Shown piece after piece: positions 9,001 through 17,600 of a stretch of DNA of 44,986 nt (positions within the stretch are counted from its first letter, which is position 1; each line of letters begins with the position of its first letter). The stretch lies in IMG/VR virus record IMGVR_UViG_3300044667_000249, positions 1 to 44,986 of that record. One strand, given 5' to 3'. This DNA is from a virus. Its lineage: Duplodnaviria > Caudoviricetes. A model generated the notes under the pieces. That model saw only the letters and a list, made by a program, of their open reading frames with translations. It had not been told where the DNA came from and ran no database searches. A program made the translations under genes and the position numbers.

Positions 9001-9519
9001 AGCAAGGGACAGCAGGTTGATGGGGTCGTAGAAGGAGCCAAAGATGCCGCCGGAGAGGGAGGCTGTCCAGGTGGGGAGCACTCCACCGTAGCGCAGCTGC
9101 GCCTCGTTGGCGCGCTCCTCCGCAGCGCGGGCGCGCTCGCGGGCGTCCTCCTGCACGGAGCGGTCGAGGCGGAAGACATCCCGCCGTTCCGGGTGCTTCT
9201 GGGCCAATTCGTGCAGACGGCGGTCGAAGTCGGCCTGAGGGTCGAACCCGAGGTGCTCCATGGCCGCCTCGATGGAGACGGGCTGAAGACCCCTGACGCG
9301 GAACGGGTTGACGAGCCCGTGATCCTTGATGCCGGCCCGCTCGATGCCATCGATACGGTCATCGTACGCCCGCTCCAGCGCCACCTGCCGGGCGTTGGAG
9401 TTGTCCACCTCCCGCATGGAGTTGAAGGAGGCCTGGGCGGTCTCCCACCATCCCGTGGGGCCGCCGCCCAGCGCCACCGAGTTGTCGGTGGTGAAGGGTG
9501 TCTCGCCGATGTCGAGCAT
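1..9519 (-). CDS. Giant internal virion / polyvalent protein (>3173 aa, 3' end outside window) with ParB-like, HExxH zincin-like and BECR-like nuclease modules
   Basis: ATG at 9519 (MLDIGETPFTTDNS...). I translated the frame by hand to position 1 and found no stop. Motifs: hydrophobic N-terminal segments (DPINLLSLAAG; FNLAAAFGFGF), VAEGHNR (EGHNR at 6697-6711), HELGH (4372-4386), and LAHIAAKR...YIATAF (about 185-440). It follows the 1296-aa internal virion gene. Confidence 0.9.
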   Translation of the reverse strand, partial: MLDIGETPFTTDNSVALGGGPTGWWETAQASFNSMREVDNSNARQVALERAYDDRIDGIERAGIKDHGLVNPFRVRGLQPVSIEAAMEHLGFDPQADFDRRLHELAQKHPERRDVFRLDRSVQEDARERARAAEERANEAQLRYGGVLPTWTASLSGGIFGSFYDPINLLSLAAGPWGRVGLGARQLLWMGVKTGAVNAASELAIQPAVQAWRREAGLEYGLSPAAFNLAAAFGFGFAADVGIRGGTRLLRPALGQVPLLNERGLVEGWERPAARGAEAWADARGRTFAPDIDEKGQVTAYRYRAPDQPTGARVGAAGEAGRAGAEARTGEEAAGARLPTGEEAAGTAGRRTEGAAQAAESGGTGARLPEGAGADAAEDADLMAAARAELEDYVAEEGQALNLPATHVTALARYIVETGREAGEALEYYDGLSKAARAAFVKDYAARAPRERPATRPPAGQEQQTDLPAAPPERPQRPPPQSYDEAEARLDDAARRMQGPEGDLIRRAQQGDVAAQKELLDADRELADRPDMRGARQTAERQEALEATDSPFMDEADRLEAQVQALRNAVDPANDPPPAAPDPVMPVRVGHGDLGDQPSARADYIVDGKRVRARLLDTRDIGFDDAAFPPNRSRDDTLAGAAAWDAFAADHGFYVFERRPVGSATGGIRFRTARGSTYEVHADGTTTRDKAARSDPGHEGQQGPQPRTERTYYIEESEAQRLALPDGGGEARIVDHGDGTLSVATRVNADARWGIAPSARNIPVTTEPRVGLSPVELWRKETVYGRDAYRRIHLGNKITEVTTGAEREAVSRQPGFRTADGEFRIDEEGHATLAGGARSEQPILYVSIDDAEKLKGAMGEGRRLSLGSTADRIAVRQAADRRIVPGSEVTYRSEPALNMVPVSRLDGGARIELGKPIAEVLVPARPEEVRGEMVVAEGHNRLRLAHRLEQQGRAPAEGIDIWAEVFREADGWTIADVRARAAKKNIQEGRVNDPIELATIIRSNPQIMDASIPRTGHAVRQAMALAKLSDDAWARVLAGEIDPNHAAILGRLVQDKAQHGPIADVMAKARPTNEGQVRAMIADLVQGPRAWVQEIMLGGDPGRALIPGRAQVLDRAIAHLKGDRRIFALLVREAPRIESLGNVIRLDPSADRELQSATVQAVLEALASRPGPVRDWLTEAARELEAATSGLAPRLRQRERTAAGRRFAERIRTALETDGLAALKPYEPEPLVPGRGIDEPRGAEVRRQVEELEADLQAQLAQSQRRVAEQWFERFEAERSASGGRMEPVPPDVRQEAVRLILEGEDAATAVDQARENLRVRRAEAEAEAQAREQERAEAARAAETEGAAATGGAAAEPLTPQDIDRLVAAWEFVRFSRGLLPAEAEGKLPPAVASVEADLVKHGVAQARSAEEVRAALEARLAREQAASEQDVGGQDVGEGAGAAQPGRGGEGTGAPGEGAALEPRGAGAAGGPQGRAGEGGPAGDRGQPGREGADRALGDGALSDGAPGAGGEPGPRRSAIERTNSEAKAEIDSRLEGLAVGSTYFFEDAAPGFDVALKRELALLRDLDEAWGFTEESGGLGRAGIPEFMVKVREGLRDGEPDTLVRIRFNDLDGQPFDIEVWWNQAKNSGAIYAPESGDVGLLIFGGHQVAEQPAARLPAAGDFGVAGQPPFGSHPLRQLGDVLRRGLGGESWLRASRSFGDYVRGVRLHELGHQIWDRLAEEVRALLVSHAHSLGVLDMPYALFHSAVHFEPRQVPDSVARLRIRDNYAGAEPDILDQEAVMHMLQLAYLGAIRPEDLGPIRHILTQYFDGAQGHMSRALGAEPSLRTAGQKEVVVRAPSPAYRSERYRTTARLVPGWDAARQQGVLQRRVLDGLNMYSRLREAVEGAAEASDTPERWLERLTEAGVKQAEIEAAGLDLMLLGRPMREYLAEAAQGRPAVALSQDAQARFKALQAEVRTAAGARKAEVVAELQRLTQERKAALAEAKKGAASAAPARQVTRAEVLRHLDDNRVAMGQSLYAGRPGTWNVVRIEDDGSTTVLAGPFDAESDARADLRAYAGRRGARVDVQYEAPPEVPAGARAPAQWSTPGESLSPGDPTAWELVPGLAPGQVHPRGREIVAEMQAIQREFAALDAARRRPGRPPALTVEFRESPSDPSATSAVTPDGVEVAEISPQGDGTLLVQFRDTRGEFSVADMAEAEQAVRDRLRKAHPGQRQQWLSFRYEALKRELEAGEWKDTHFGEEPNELGQVRGFFARTDDGKVVDVAEEVQAQEAQKVRDETRETVARRLFNRAWKALGKDQKAAVSRDIDAARRRGELPAGVRDPRRIADLEQRLAEENTKRDKVAEGVNAQLDKMGLAPSRAGTEFDRALQRVERFEAEWRRANRAGDSAKIGELAGLADNVALMVTRLERATRKSDVLEGELRQAKGARPGHPMVNTTDASVRLLVRQHINHAAGANADMIAVIPAQVLVERGWGTPEGMRGSYDGIYPKVYAEELTALLQDAYARERFARDFADLSDTDKAAVKAAITADGLEPKVERLPLKSATGRDTFMLKSADWDAALKAETDAVYDRMAGTIYSEQETVRGVTRERWKFEVADGIVAEGTSRADVEAQAKAAAEAEAKAEIDKRKAAGGGGGPVLFHAFPLPQRIKDHVSRFGQRLFAREPSGIARTGKYGSLPEEAEFRKLMGRQYEIAKAGGDLSTQYDILSGRLNNDRSMPPDMREAMELERARVSYEMGPEGRKAAGILDDVIEGYTEPQPPRSLYEEGAIARIARGEVGPPSANALAQAAEDVRTREFDDLVASFGGGPEGRARAERFQRLFREAERATGARADALDAEREALAAEAVVNVDTVYEDADALYRLARTFQDMEQNPTEVAAIIQRFLADLPLPHGYVDARANAALAVMRKAAAVIEDNGLDSKAITAEAIRTYRDRFSDPEDAQFMVDALRAALAPQPRRLAAREPSGLPPRKTLSIPGLKAPEVPAAAGGSPASRKEATGVFAPTPHLAWTRLPEAEYTANLAHIAAKRELKEQEPRFIPLLDSPEKVAAHIRRVLEKPSFAYIKMNQGKPEALNVMRWAKDHYELVGISLTRSDRGRLYIATAFNQTNTQVASRVSAGLHQSGTEILRWNAADPAVQREILRLFAQAPADRRGPHLDEAMRFVKAG
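4321..4605 (+). CDS. Putative small antisense gene nested in the giant gene (94 aa, MADKKSAHLLRKP...)
   Basis: GAGG at 4309-4312 lies 8 nt before the ATG at 4321. Codons are GC3-rich, and 8 Lys in 94 aa is unlike the Lys-poor antisense shadow elsewhere. TGA at 4603-4605. Confidence 0.5.
   Translation: MADKKSAHLLRKPVPDLVPKLVKANATDVVAKAPARAQPRFPSQPTPEYVAKLAERMAAEGRLPSDAEVARSREAGRRLLGHLMPPKDQETNVS
5022..5321 (-). CDS. Putative out-of-frame nested gene within the giant gene (up to 99 aa, helical C-terminal half)
   Basis: GAGG 6 nt upstream of a TTG start. The C-terminal half (GEVAKARALLEKGPPWSPEERALLEARRDELEKVVLQGIV) uses preferred codons while the host frame degenerates to a Gly-rich linker. 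The start is uncertain. Confidence 0.45.
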   Translation of the reverse strand: MSSTASRKPGARKRSGPPSRQGLPASKPPASRTSAGRTSARVPAPLSPGEVAKARALLEKGPPWSPEERALLEARRDELEKVVLQGIVDSRDEKGLTVH

Positions 9520-9569
9520 GAGGTTAGGCTTATCCCGATCGTCCGTGCGGACGCTTGAGAGGGCTGGGA

Positions 9570-12500
9570 TCAGTCGTCTTCAAAGGGGAACCGCGCTTGC
9601 GCAGCCAAATCGATGGGCACCGTCACGACATTCGCGTTGCGGCGCCGCGGCGCCGCCGCCTTGATGCGACTGGCGGGTGACGTTGGGTCGATCGCGTAGT
9701 AGTCGTTCTGCGGCGATCCTGGGGTCCGATAGGCGTTGAAGGTTTGCGTATCCGCATTGTTGCGTACGGTCAGCTCGTTATAGAGCGCGACGATGATCTC
9801 GCCCTCCCTGCGCTGCTTGTCCGTGAGCCCTGAGCGGAACGCTCCCCGACTATTGACGTACTGCGTCATCGCCGCCTGCAAAATGATGCGTGCACGCCAG
9901 GAGTACATGTTGAAGAATTCGCCCCTGTTCTCTCTGGCGAGAGCTTCGGCCTCCTCGGGGTCGCTGGCTTCGCTTTGGCGCTGGACCATTCCGCTGAGCG
10001 CGCGTCTCGCTTCCTCCAGGGACGCCGCCGACGCGACGGCATTGGCAGCCCTGCGGATCGCCCGCTCGTTGCCGGTGGTGTCGCCATCAGCCTCCCAAAT
10101 GCGATCCGGAGGCACGACGGGGGCGGGACGGGCGGCAGTGCCGCCGTTGGACTCGGCGTTCCCCTCTGAACCCGCCGTCGTCGGCTCCGGCCTGCCAAAA
10201 ACCCTCTCGTAGATGCTGCTGGCGGCCTCGCGCACACGGTCCACAACCCCAGGCCCTTCAGCGCGGCTCGCCTGCGCTGCCTCTCCACCAGCGGGTGCCG
10301 CACCACCCGCTCCGCCCGTCGGCGGCTGCTCGTACACCCACTCCGGCGTGGCGCGTCCCGACGCCACCGCCCCGATGCGCCTTGTGGGCCGCAGGCGTCG
10401 CGTATCGGCTGCCGTGCCTTGCGGTCCGGTGACCGCTTGACGGTCCACCCGGCGCCCGAGAACGCTTTCCGGCGAGCGCACAACCGGCACCGGCTCCACG
10501 TAGCCGCGGTAGATCTCGGGGATGCGCTGACGCAGGGTCGGCTCCAGCTGATTGAGATCCAGCATGTACCTTCCGCCCCGCGAATCCATCACCCAGCGCG
10601 CCTGCCCACCGAGCGTCGGATCGCCCTGCGCCAGCGCGTAGCGGCCGCTGCCGACGTAGACGAGGGTGGCCTGCCTGAGATCCCGGTCGGAAATGTAGCG
10701 CCCGTCCCCGGTCACCGGACCAAAGCCCACATCGTCAATAAGGTCCTCGGGCCGCAGCACATCGAGGATGCGCGGGATCGCATCCTGGCGCATGTTGGAG
10801 GGCACGGGCACGGGGAGTCCTGCATCGCCCCCGAACCAGCCCCGGCGCTGGTGGTAGAGCCCGCCGTAGGTGACGTTGCGCTCAGTCGACTGGCCCAGCA
10901 CCTCCATGAGGCCCTGGCGCCAGATGACGGGATCGAACTGAGCCAGCCCGCGCTCGACCGCACGGCTCTGGTAGATGAGGTTCGCAGCCGCGACGGCTGC
11001 AGCCTGGGTCTGTGCCAATTCCTGGAACGCGCTTCCGAGCACGCTCGATGCGTCCCGCAGCTCCACCTCGGTCGGCTTGTACTGGTCCGCGAGCTTGCGG
11101 TAGTTCGGATCGCGCCTCGCCTCGATCTCGCGCGCAGCCCGCTCCACCGCCTCCATGCCGGCACCGTTGTTGCGCTGGGCGTTGGCGAACATCGAGCCGA
11201 TGGCGGCCAATTCGGGATCGTTGGGGGCGATCTCCGCGAGCGCTGTACGCGCATCCGCCCCCCAGTTGCGCACGATCGAGCCCAGCACCTGCAGCATGGG
11301 CTCTCCGCCCTGGCGCAGGATGCCCTGGGCTGCCTGCACCTGCTCGGGGGAGAAGAACCGGGGCAAGCGTCCCAGGTACCGCCCGACGGTGCGCGCCGCC
11401 TCGGCATGGGCGCGCATGGAGGCGTCATCCTGGAACGAGAAGCCGCGCGAGAAATCCACACCCATCTGCTCGGCCGCGCCGACACGCTGCGCCCAGCCGT
11501 TCTGATCGCGCTCCACCTCGGCCCGTGCGGTGTTGACCAGGGAGCGCAGATGATCGAGGCGCTTCTTGTCGAGGTCGGTGGCGCCGCGGGTCTGCTGGTT
11601 GCGCTCCTCAGCCTGGACGATGGCGTCCATCTCGTCCGGCCGCAGCCGGCGCATGGCCTGCACGGTGGCGGCAAGGCCCGGCCTGCCCTGCGGGAAGCGC
11701 TCTGAGGGCGGTGACCCCACCAGGAACTCGAAGTTCTCGGTAAGCTGGGGGTCGTTGAAGGACTCCACCTGCTCGCGCACCTGGGCCACCAGGGGGGCCG
11801 GCGGAGGCACGCCGTCGCGGGCGTTGGCCTCCCAGGTCTGGAACTGCTGCTGGATGCTGGTGCGAATCTGCGCCCGCCGGGCCTGCACCGCGTTGGCGAA
11901 CGCCCGGGCCTGGGGACCGGTGGTGGCGGTGAAGGCGCTGTCGCGCACCCCTTCCCCACGCTCCTCGGCGTCGAGCTGGGCCTGCACCCACTCCGGGCCG
12001 CCGACGCGCATGGGAGGGCCCGGCAACGCACCTGCTGCAGCGGGGTCGGCCGCATACCCCGCATCGGCCGAGCGGTCCTCTATCGGTCCGGAAGGCCCTT
12101 GCGGGCCGCCCAGCGCCGCCCGCCGGCCGGCTGCTGCCGGGGCGTTGGCAGCGCTTGCCGGACGCGCCCCGGCATCCGCCAGCACCCGCTCGGCAAGCGC
12201 CAGACGATCGGCGAACCCATGGCCGGACTCGGGATTGCCGCGCGTCCAGCCGGCCGGGCGGTGGTAGCCGATGGCCGCGGCCGTCGCGCCGCGGATGTCC
12301 TCGGCAGACCGCACGCCCGTGCCTGCCCGAGCCTCCGGCCCCTGCATCTCGTCCCACGCGAAGGCCAGCTGCGTCTGCAGGGGGATCAGCCGCCCGAGGC
12401 TGCGCACGTAGCCCACGTCGCGCAGGTCGCCCTCGGGGATCTCGATGCCCTGCCCCCTTGCAAACGCGATGAGCGCGGGGAGGCGGTCGTTCCACTGGCC

Positions 12501-13460
12501 GATGCCGAAGGAATGGGGGGAATTGGGCGAGTTGCGCCGGTTGTCGTTGGGATTGACGAGGTCGGCCCGACCGCCGCCCTCCCACGCCATGTTGCCGGCG
12601 ACAGCTGCGGCCTGGTGGGGCTGCAGACCCCGGCCCACGAAGTAGTCGTAGACCTGCCGGCCGATGGCCATGCGTCCCTGCGAAGCCGGGACGCCTCCCT
12701 CCGACCCGTCGAGGATGCGCCCGCCCCGGTCCCGGAGCGGGCGCCGGTCCGGGACCACGTGGCCGATCACGGCCTCCGCGGCACGGTCGGCGTCCTGGCT
12801 GGTCTGGATGCCCTGCAGGAGGGCGGTGCGCGCCTCCTCCTCGAGCTGGCGCAGAAACTGGCGCCGCATGGCCGGGCGATCGGCCCGGTCCAGCGCTGAG
12901 GTGGCGATCTGAATTTCGCCCAGCCTGCGCGCATCGGCCAGCCGACCGGGGTCGGCGCGCACCTCGGCCAAGCGTTCCTGCAGGCTGGTAAGGACGCTGT
13001 CGTGATTGAAACGGCGCTCCTCGTCCTGCTGGAACCGGTTGGCCCGCGAGTGATACGTCTCGCCGGCCCGCTGCAGACCGATGCTCAGGCGCGTGACAGC
13101 ACGCTCCGACAGCCCGTCGCGACGGGCCTGGTCGACGACACCGTCGGCGCCCTGGTCGTAGGACCGGCGCCAGTTCTCAGCAAAGCCGCGGCCGCCCTCC
13201 GCCATTTCGCGCCGCTGCTCTTCCAGGAGGCGCTCCTGCTCGCGCCCGTACAGCAGCACGCGCTTCTCGATCTCGAGCGCCTCGCGCTGGTCCTCCTCCT
13301 CCTTGCTCTTCTGCGCCAGCGTCGCGCCGAAACGCACGGCGGCCCGGCCCGCCTCCTGCATGCCTTCCCCGACCGCGCTCGTATCGACGCGGGCGATGGG
13401 CCGGCCGGAGCGGGCGTCGGGGAGGGCACCGAGGCTGTCGCGGGTCGGAAGCTTGGGCAC
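9570..13460 (-). CDS. Internal virion (ejection) protein with phage tail lysozyme-like domain
   Basis: 1296 aa, mostly helical. YDYFVGRGLQPHQAAAVAGNMAWE...SFGIGQWNDRL...QLAFAWDEM resembles the phage tail lysozyme family. Lies between the small and giant internal virion genes. Confidence 0.85.
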   Translation of the reverse strand: MPKLPTRDSLGALPDARSGRPIARVDTSAVGEGMQEAGRAAVRFGATLAQKSKEEEDQREALEIEKRVLLYGREQERLLEEQRREMAEGGRGFAENWRRSYDQGADGVVDQARRDGLSERAVTRLSIGLQRAGETYHSRANRFQQDEERRFNHDSVLTSLQERLAEVRADPGRLADARRLGEIQIATSALDRADRPAMRRQFLRQLEEEARTALLQGIQTSQDADRAAEAVIGHVVPDRRPLRDRGGRILDGSEGGVPASQGRMAIGRQVYDYFVGRGLQPHQAAAVAGNMAWEGGGRADLVNPNDNRRNSPNSPHSFGIGQWNDRLPALIAFARGQGIEIPEGDLRDVGYVRSLGRLIPLQTQLAFAWDEMQGPEARAGTGVRSAEDIRGATAAAIGYHRPAGWTRGNPESGHGFADRLALAERVLADAGARPASAANAPAAAGRRAALGGPQGPSGPIEDRSADAGYAADPAAAGALPGPPMRVGGPEWVQAQLDAEERGEGVRDSAFTATTGPQARAFANAVQARRAQIRTSIQQQFQTWEANARDGVPPPAPLVAQVREQVESFNDPQLTENFEFLVGSPPSERFPQGRPGLAATVQAMRRLRPDEMDAIVQAEERNQQTRGATDLDKKRLDHLRSLVNTARAEVERDQNGWAQRVGAAEQMGVDFSRGFSFQDDASMRAHAEAARTVGRYLGRLPRFFSPEQVQAAQGILRQGGEPMLQVLGSIVRNWGADARTALAEIAPNDPELAAIGSMFANAQRNNGAGMEAVERAAREIEARRDPNYRKLADQYKPTEVELRDASSVLGSAFQELAQTQAAAVAAANLIYQSRAVERGLAQFDPVIWRQGLMEVLGQSTERNVTYGGLYHQRRGWFGGDAGLPVPVPSNMRQDAIPRILDVLRPEDLIDDVGFGPVTGDGRYISDRDLRQATLVYVGSGRYALAQGDPTLGGQARWVMDSRGGRYMLDLNQLEPTLRQRIPEIYRGYVEPVPVVRSPESVLGRRVDRQAVTGPQGTAADTRRLRPTRRIGAVASGRATPEWVYEQPPTGGAGGAAPAGGEAAQASRAEGPGVVDRVREAASSIYERVFGRPEPTTAGSEGNAESNGGTAARPAPVVPPDRIWEADGDTTGNERAIRRAANAVASAASLEEARRALSGMVQRQSEASDPEEAEALARENRGEFFNMYSWRARIILQAAMTQYVNSRGAFRSGLTDKQRREGEIIVALYNELTVRNNADTQTFNAYRTPGSPQNDYYAIDPTSPASRIKAAAPRRRNANVVTVPIDLAAQARFPFEDD

Positions 13461-13538
13461 GTGTCACCAATGGCCGAAGCGGTGTGGAAGCGGGACGGGT
13501 GGACGCCCGAGCGAAGAGAACGCGGGGGGGGGACGGCC

Positions 13539-14216
13539 TCAGCCGTAGCTCACGGACGTGCGCCAAGGCCCGATGGCATCGGTGTGCCGCGTCCCGCCCG
13601 ATCCGTAGTAGGTGCCGTAGGAGGAGCCCGCATTGGAGACCTGCCGGGTCGGATTGTACCGGTCAGCCAGCGTGCTGACGCCGGACAGCACCGTGCCCAT
13701 GGCCTTGTACCTCGCTCCCTGCATGGCAGCCCGGCCCGTCATCCTGGCCGCCTCGGCCTGGGCCTTCCGCCCGGCCGCCCTCGAGGAGCCGCCGTACATG
13801 GCCATCTGCTCCTGCAGGGTGCCGTACTCCTCGATATCCTCCGCCAGGTTGAGGGCGGTGGGGTCGGTGGCGGAGAACCCGGATGCGGCGGCGTTGGCCT
13901 GCAGGGTGGACTGGGCCAATTCCTTCTTGCGGCGCAGCTGGTCGCGCTCGGCGCCGGCGGCGGCCAGCTCCTCCTTGCCCTGCATCTCCATCTGCTGGGC
14001 CTCGTAGTTGGCGGCGGCCTGGGCGGCTTTGCCCTGGGCCATGGCGCCCTGGTAGCCCAGGACCGTTCCGGCCACCGTGGCGATGGGCGCGATCACCTGG
14101 GCGGCGCTGGCGACAGCGGTGCCCATCGCTGCCAGCGTGACGGGGTCGTAGCAGACCTCCCCGCAGATGCCGACATCGGGCGCGAGGCCCCAGCGTGCAA
14201 GCGAGAACATGCCCAT
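13539..14216 (-). CDS. Small internal virion protein (T7 gp14-like position)
   Basis: CYDPVT followed by a hydrophobic Ala-rich helix and an Ala/Gln-rich coiled region, typical of podovirus pilot/ejection proteins. Exact start uncertain. Confidence 0.8.
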   Translation of the reverse strand: MGMFSLARWGLAPDVGICGEVCYDPVTLAAMGTAVASAAQVIAPIATVAGTVLGYQGAMAQGKAAQAAANYEAQQMEMQGKEELAAAGAERDQLRRKKELAQSTLQANAAASGFSATDPTALNLAEDIEEYGTLQEQMAMYGGSSRAAGRKAQAEAARMTGRAAMQGARYKAMGTVLSGVSTLADRYNPTRQVSNAGSSYGTYYGSGGTRHTDAIGPWRTSVSYG

Positions 14217-14219
14217 GGG

Positions 14220-14642
14220 TCAGCGTGTCCGGACGGATGAAGGGGGCGTGCGCGGCCTCGCCGCGCTCCAGCGCCACCAGTGCTGCGATCTGTGGTCGAG
14301 CTCGAATCCGAGGCTCTCCAGCCACGCCTGCGCTCCGGGCTCGGCGGGCGAGACCTCGGCGTGGATGTAGCGGATGCCGGCGGAGCGCATGGCCTCCAGG
14401 AAGCGGATGGCGGAGCGCATGATGGTCATCTTGTGGGGCCGCGCCTCGTCGGCGACATCGATGAAGGCGAACCAGTTGCCCCGCCGGAAGGCGATGCCGC
14501 CGATGCCGACGATCACCCCGTCCTTCTCGCCGACCCAGGCCGATGCCGTCGGCACGCCGCCTTCGGGAGCGCCCAGGCGGACGGCGAGGGCGGCGATGTC
14601 CTCCGCCGTCGCCGGACGGATGACGATGGGGCTACCGCTCAT
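14220..14642 (-). CDS. GNAT-fold protein (T7 gp13-like position)
   Basis: IRPATAEDI, VGEKDGVIVGIGG and AQAWLESLGF motifs; immediately downstream of tail tubular B. Confidence 0.75.
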   Translation of the reverse strand: MSGSPIVIRPATAEDIAALAVRLGAPEGGVPTASAWVGEKDGVIVGIGGIAFRRGNWFAFIDVADEARPHKMTIMRSAIRFLEAMRSAGIRYIHAEVSPAEPGAQAWLESLGFELDHRSQHWWRWSAARPRTPPSSVRTR

Positions 14643-17600
14643 GGGTCACCACCGTGGGAATGGCCGCCAGCACGGTGGCCGGCCGCGGCGCCCGGGCCTC
14701 GATGACCAGACGCGTGTCTGGGTGCCACGTGGACGGCATCGGCACGGCAACCTTGTCCAGGGTGTCGAAGATGGCGTCGGCGTCCACCGCGGCGCCTGCG
14801 ATATTGCGCGGCAGAGGATCGAGCCGCCCCGTGTCGGAGCCGAACCGGATCGCCGCGTTGTGGGTGCGGTAGAGCGACAGCGCCAGCTGCGGGGCACGCT
14901 TCTGCTGCGCCAGGGCCGTCCCCATCTCGGCGGCGTAGGCGAGCTTGCTGCTCCTCCAGCGGGCGCGGTACGGCAGCCCCACCACCGCATGGTGCACGGA
15001 CTCGCCCAAGGTGATGTTGCCGGCGCCCGTATCCACCGTGTAGGTCGTCTGCACCCCGTCCACGTCGGGGGAGAGGTCCTTGCCCGCATCGGGCCAGTGC
15101 GGGTTGGCCGAGGCCGCGCCGGTGTCGTCGGCCCACACGATCACGTCCTCGCCGGCGAGATGGGAGAGCCCCGGAATGGTCGCCGTGCGCCCCGTGTCGG
15201 TGTAGGCGACCGCGCAGTCCGCCAGCCAGGAGAGCCCGGTGTCGCCCTGGCACTCCGCCTCCATCGCCCACTTCTCGAGGTAGCGCCTCGTGGTGCCGTT
15301 GATGGTGCGGCGGATGTGGTAGTAGACCGCGTCCTCCGAAAGGCCCGGGAGCACCATGGCCCGCTCCACCCACCCCGTGCGGCTCTCGGGGTCCGGGTTG
15401 CCGGTCACCCAGGTGAACCAGCAGATCACCTCCTCGTTGGGCTCGTAGGTGAGGATGGCCACCGTCCCGTCGCCCAGCACGCAGTGCAACCGGGTGTCTG
15501 GCTGGCGCTGGACGGCGACCGAGCGCACCCCAGCCTTCAGGAGGTCCGGCACCAGCAGGGTGAGGTCGAACACCTCGTAGTCGGCGATGGTGTTCTGGGC
15601 CGGGCCCACCACGTAGACCCTGACCCCAGAGCGCTGCACCATCAGCGCGCGGGTGTCCATCTTGAGCGCGCGGATGTTGGCCGAGCCCTGGGTGGAGACG
15701 GCCGCCACCGAGGAGTTGGAGGGTGTCAGCGGCTCATCGAGCGAGGAGGCGCGCGCGGTCAGCTCCGCCCCGGAGGTGCCGATGAGGAGCCGCAGGAGCG
15801 AGACCAGATAGCGGATGCGGTCGACCGGGCCCGACCCCAGGGTGCGGATGATGGGCCCGGCATCGCCCTCCACGTCCTCGTTGAAGGATTCGTAGTCGTC
15901 GGAGACGGACAGGAACAGGCTCCCGCCCTGGGCATGGCCGAGGCGGCCGCCATGCAGGGCGACGGCCGTGGGGTGCCCTCGCGCATCCGACCAGTAGCCC
16001 TCCTGCCAGTTGTCGGAGAACCCCGTGTCGGAGAAGCGCGACAGCGTCTCGGCTTCCACGCTCATGTTGGAGTTGTAGCCCGTGATGCGGGCGATGCCGG
16101 TCTTGCCGCCGCCGGCGTAGCGGATATGCACGGCTGCGGTGCCGGACGCCCACGACACGACACGTGCGCGATACCAGACCCGCAGATTGTCGTCGGGATC
16201 GTCGATGGTGGCCGTGAAGGTGCCGGTGTCGATGGCGTCCGTAACGAGGCCGGTGTCGTTTCCAGAGAAGAAGGACCTGTTGGGCACCGGCTTGAAGCCG
16301 GTGGCCTCACCGTCGATGGACCGCTCGATGGCGACCGAGCCGGAGTAGGTCCCGGACACCTCGAAGACGATGCGGCGCTCTGCATTGTTTTCCGGCGTGC
16401 CGGTATCGGAGATGCCCGTCACCTGCACCGGATCGGTGACCGCATCCGCCTGGCCCAGGCGCCCGAACCAGCGCTGCCCGGTGTGAAAGATGCGAAAGAG
16501 GGCGCCCACGTGGGTCGGCCGGAAGAACGGGATGTCGGAGGTGATGGTGATGTTGCCGCCCGCGATGGATGAGGGGCGGAGCTTGGCGGACGAGGACGGC
16601 GCCGGCAGGAACGGCCCGTCGTTGGGCTCGTAGTTGACGACCGACCAGGAGCGACCCGTCCCGCGCCGCTCGACCTTGGATGAGCGCACGCCGTCGCAGT
16701 CGATGTACACCACGTCGGCCGACTGGTCGTAGCGGATATTGTCGAGATCGTCGTGTGCCCACGGGGCGGTCAGCACAACAGGGCCGGAGTCGCCGATGGA
16801 GAGCGATGAGACGATCCTGTCGACAATCGCATCCGACTGGAACGTGATCCAGAAGTTGCCTTCCGGCGTGAAGGCGAGGCTGTGGTGGCCCGTCCCCAGC
16901 ACGCTCTCGCGGATATAGTCGTCATCGCCGGCCGTCGACCCGACGCGGAGGGCAACGGGCCCGCGGCCAATGTTGATGACAAGCGAGTGCTCCGTCCCTG
17001 TATCGGAGACGATGACGCGCTTGCGCGCGACCGCTCGCGAGCCGATGGCGGACGCATTGAGGATCCGCGCGCCCCCCTGAAGCCTGACCTGCTGGGCAAC
17101 GGTCGCATCGAACAGCTCGATCTCGGGCAGGAAGACCTCGCCGCTTGCATCGCCGCCACCCGTGATCGCCGTGATGTAGAGACGCCAATGCCGCCGCGGC
17201 TCTACCGTGCCGGTATCGGCGTCCAGGCGCTCGAATGTGCGGCGCTCGCTGACGGCCCAGCCCACCTGGGCGCTGCGCTCGTCCGTCAGCGCCCACTTGC
17301 CGGTATCGATTGCATAGGTGCCGGTGTCGAAGTTGCTGGCGATCAGCCGCCACGCGGACGGAACGTTGTCGAGAGCATCGGCAAAGATCGGCGCCCGGAT
17401 CGAGTAGGACCTGACGGCCTTCCTGTTGCCGGTGTCCGCTCCGAAATCGACATTGATCCAGCTCGGAAGGTCGCCGCCCTTGGAGGCTCCGGTGTCGATC
17501 CACGCGGTCGTTGTGTTGTCATCGGCCGCCTGCCACGCCGCCCCGCCGAACCCGACGTTGCCCGGGTCCTGGGAGCTCGCCGTGATGGTGACGCCATTGG

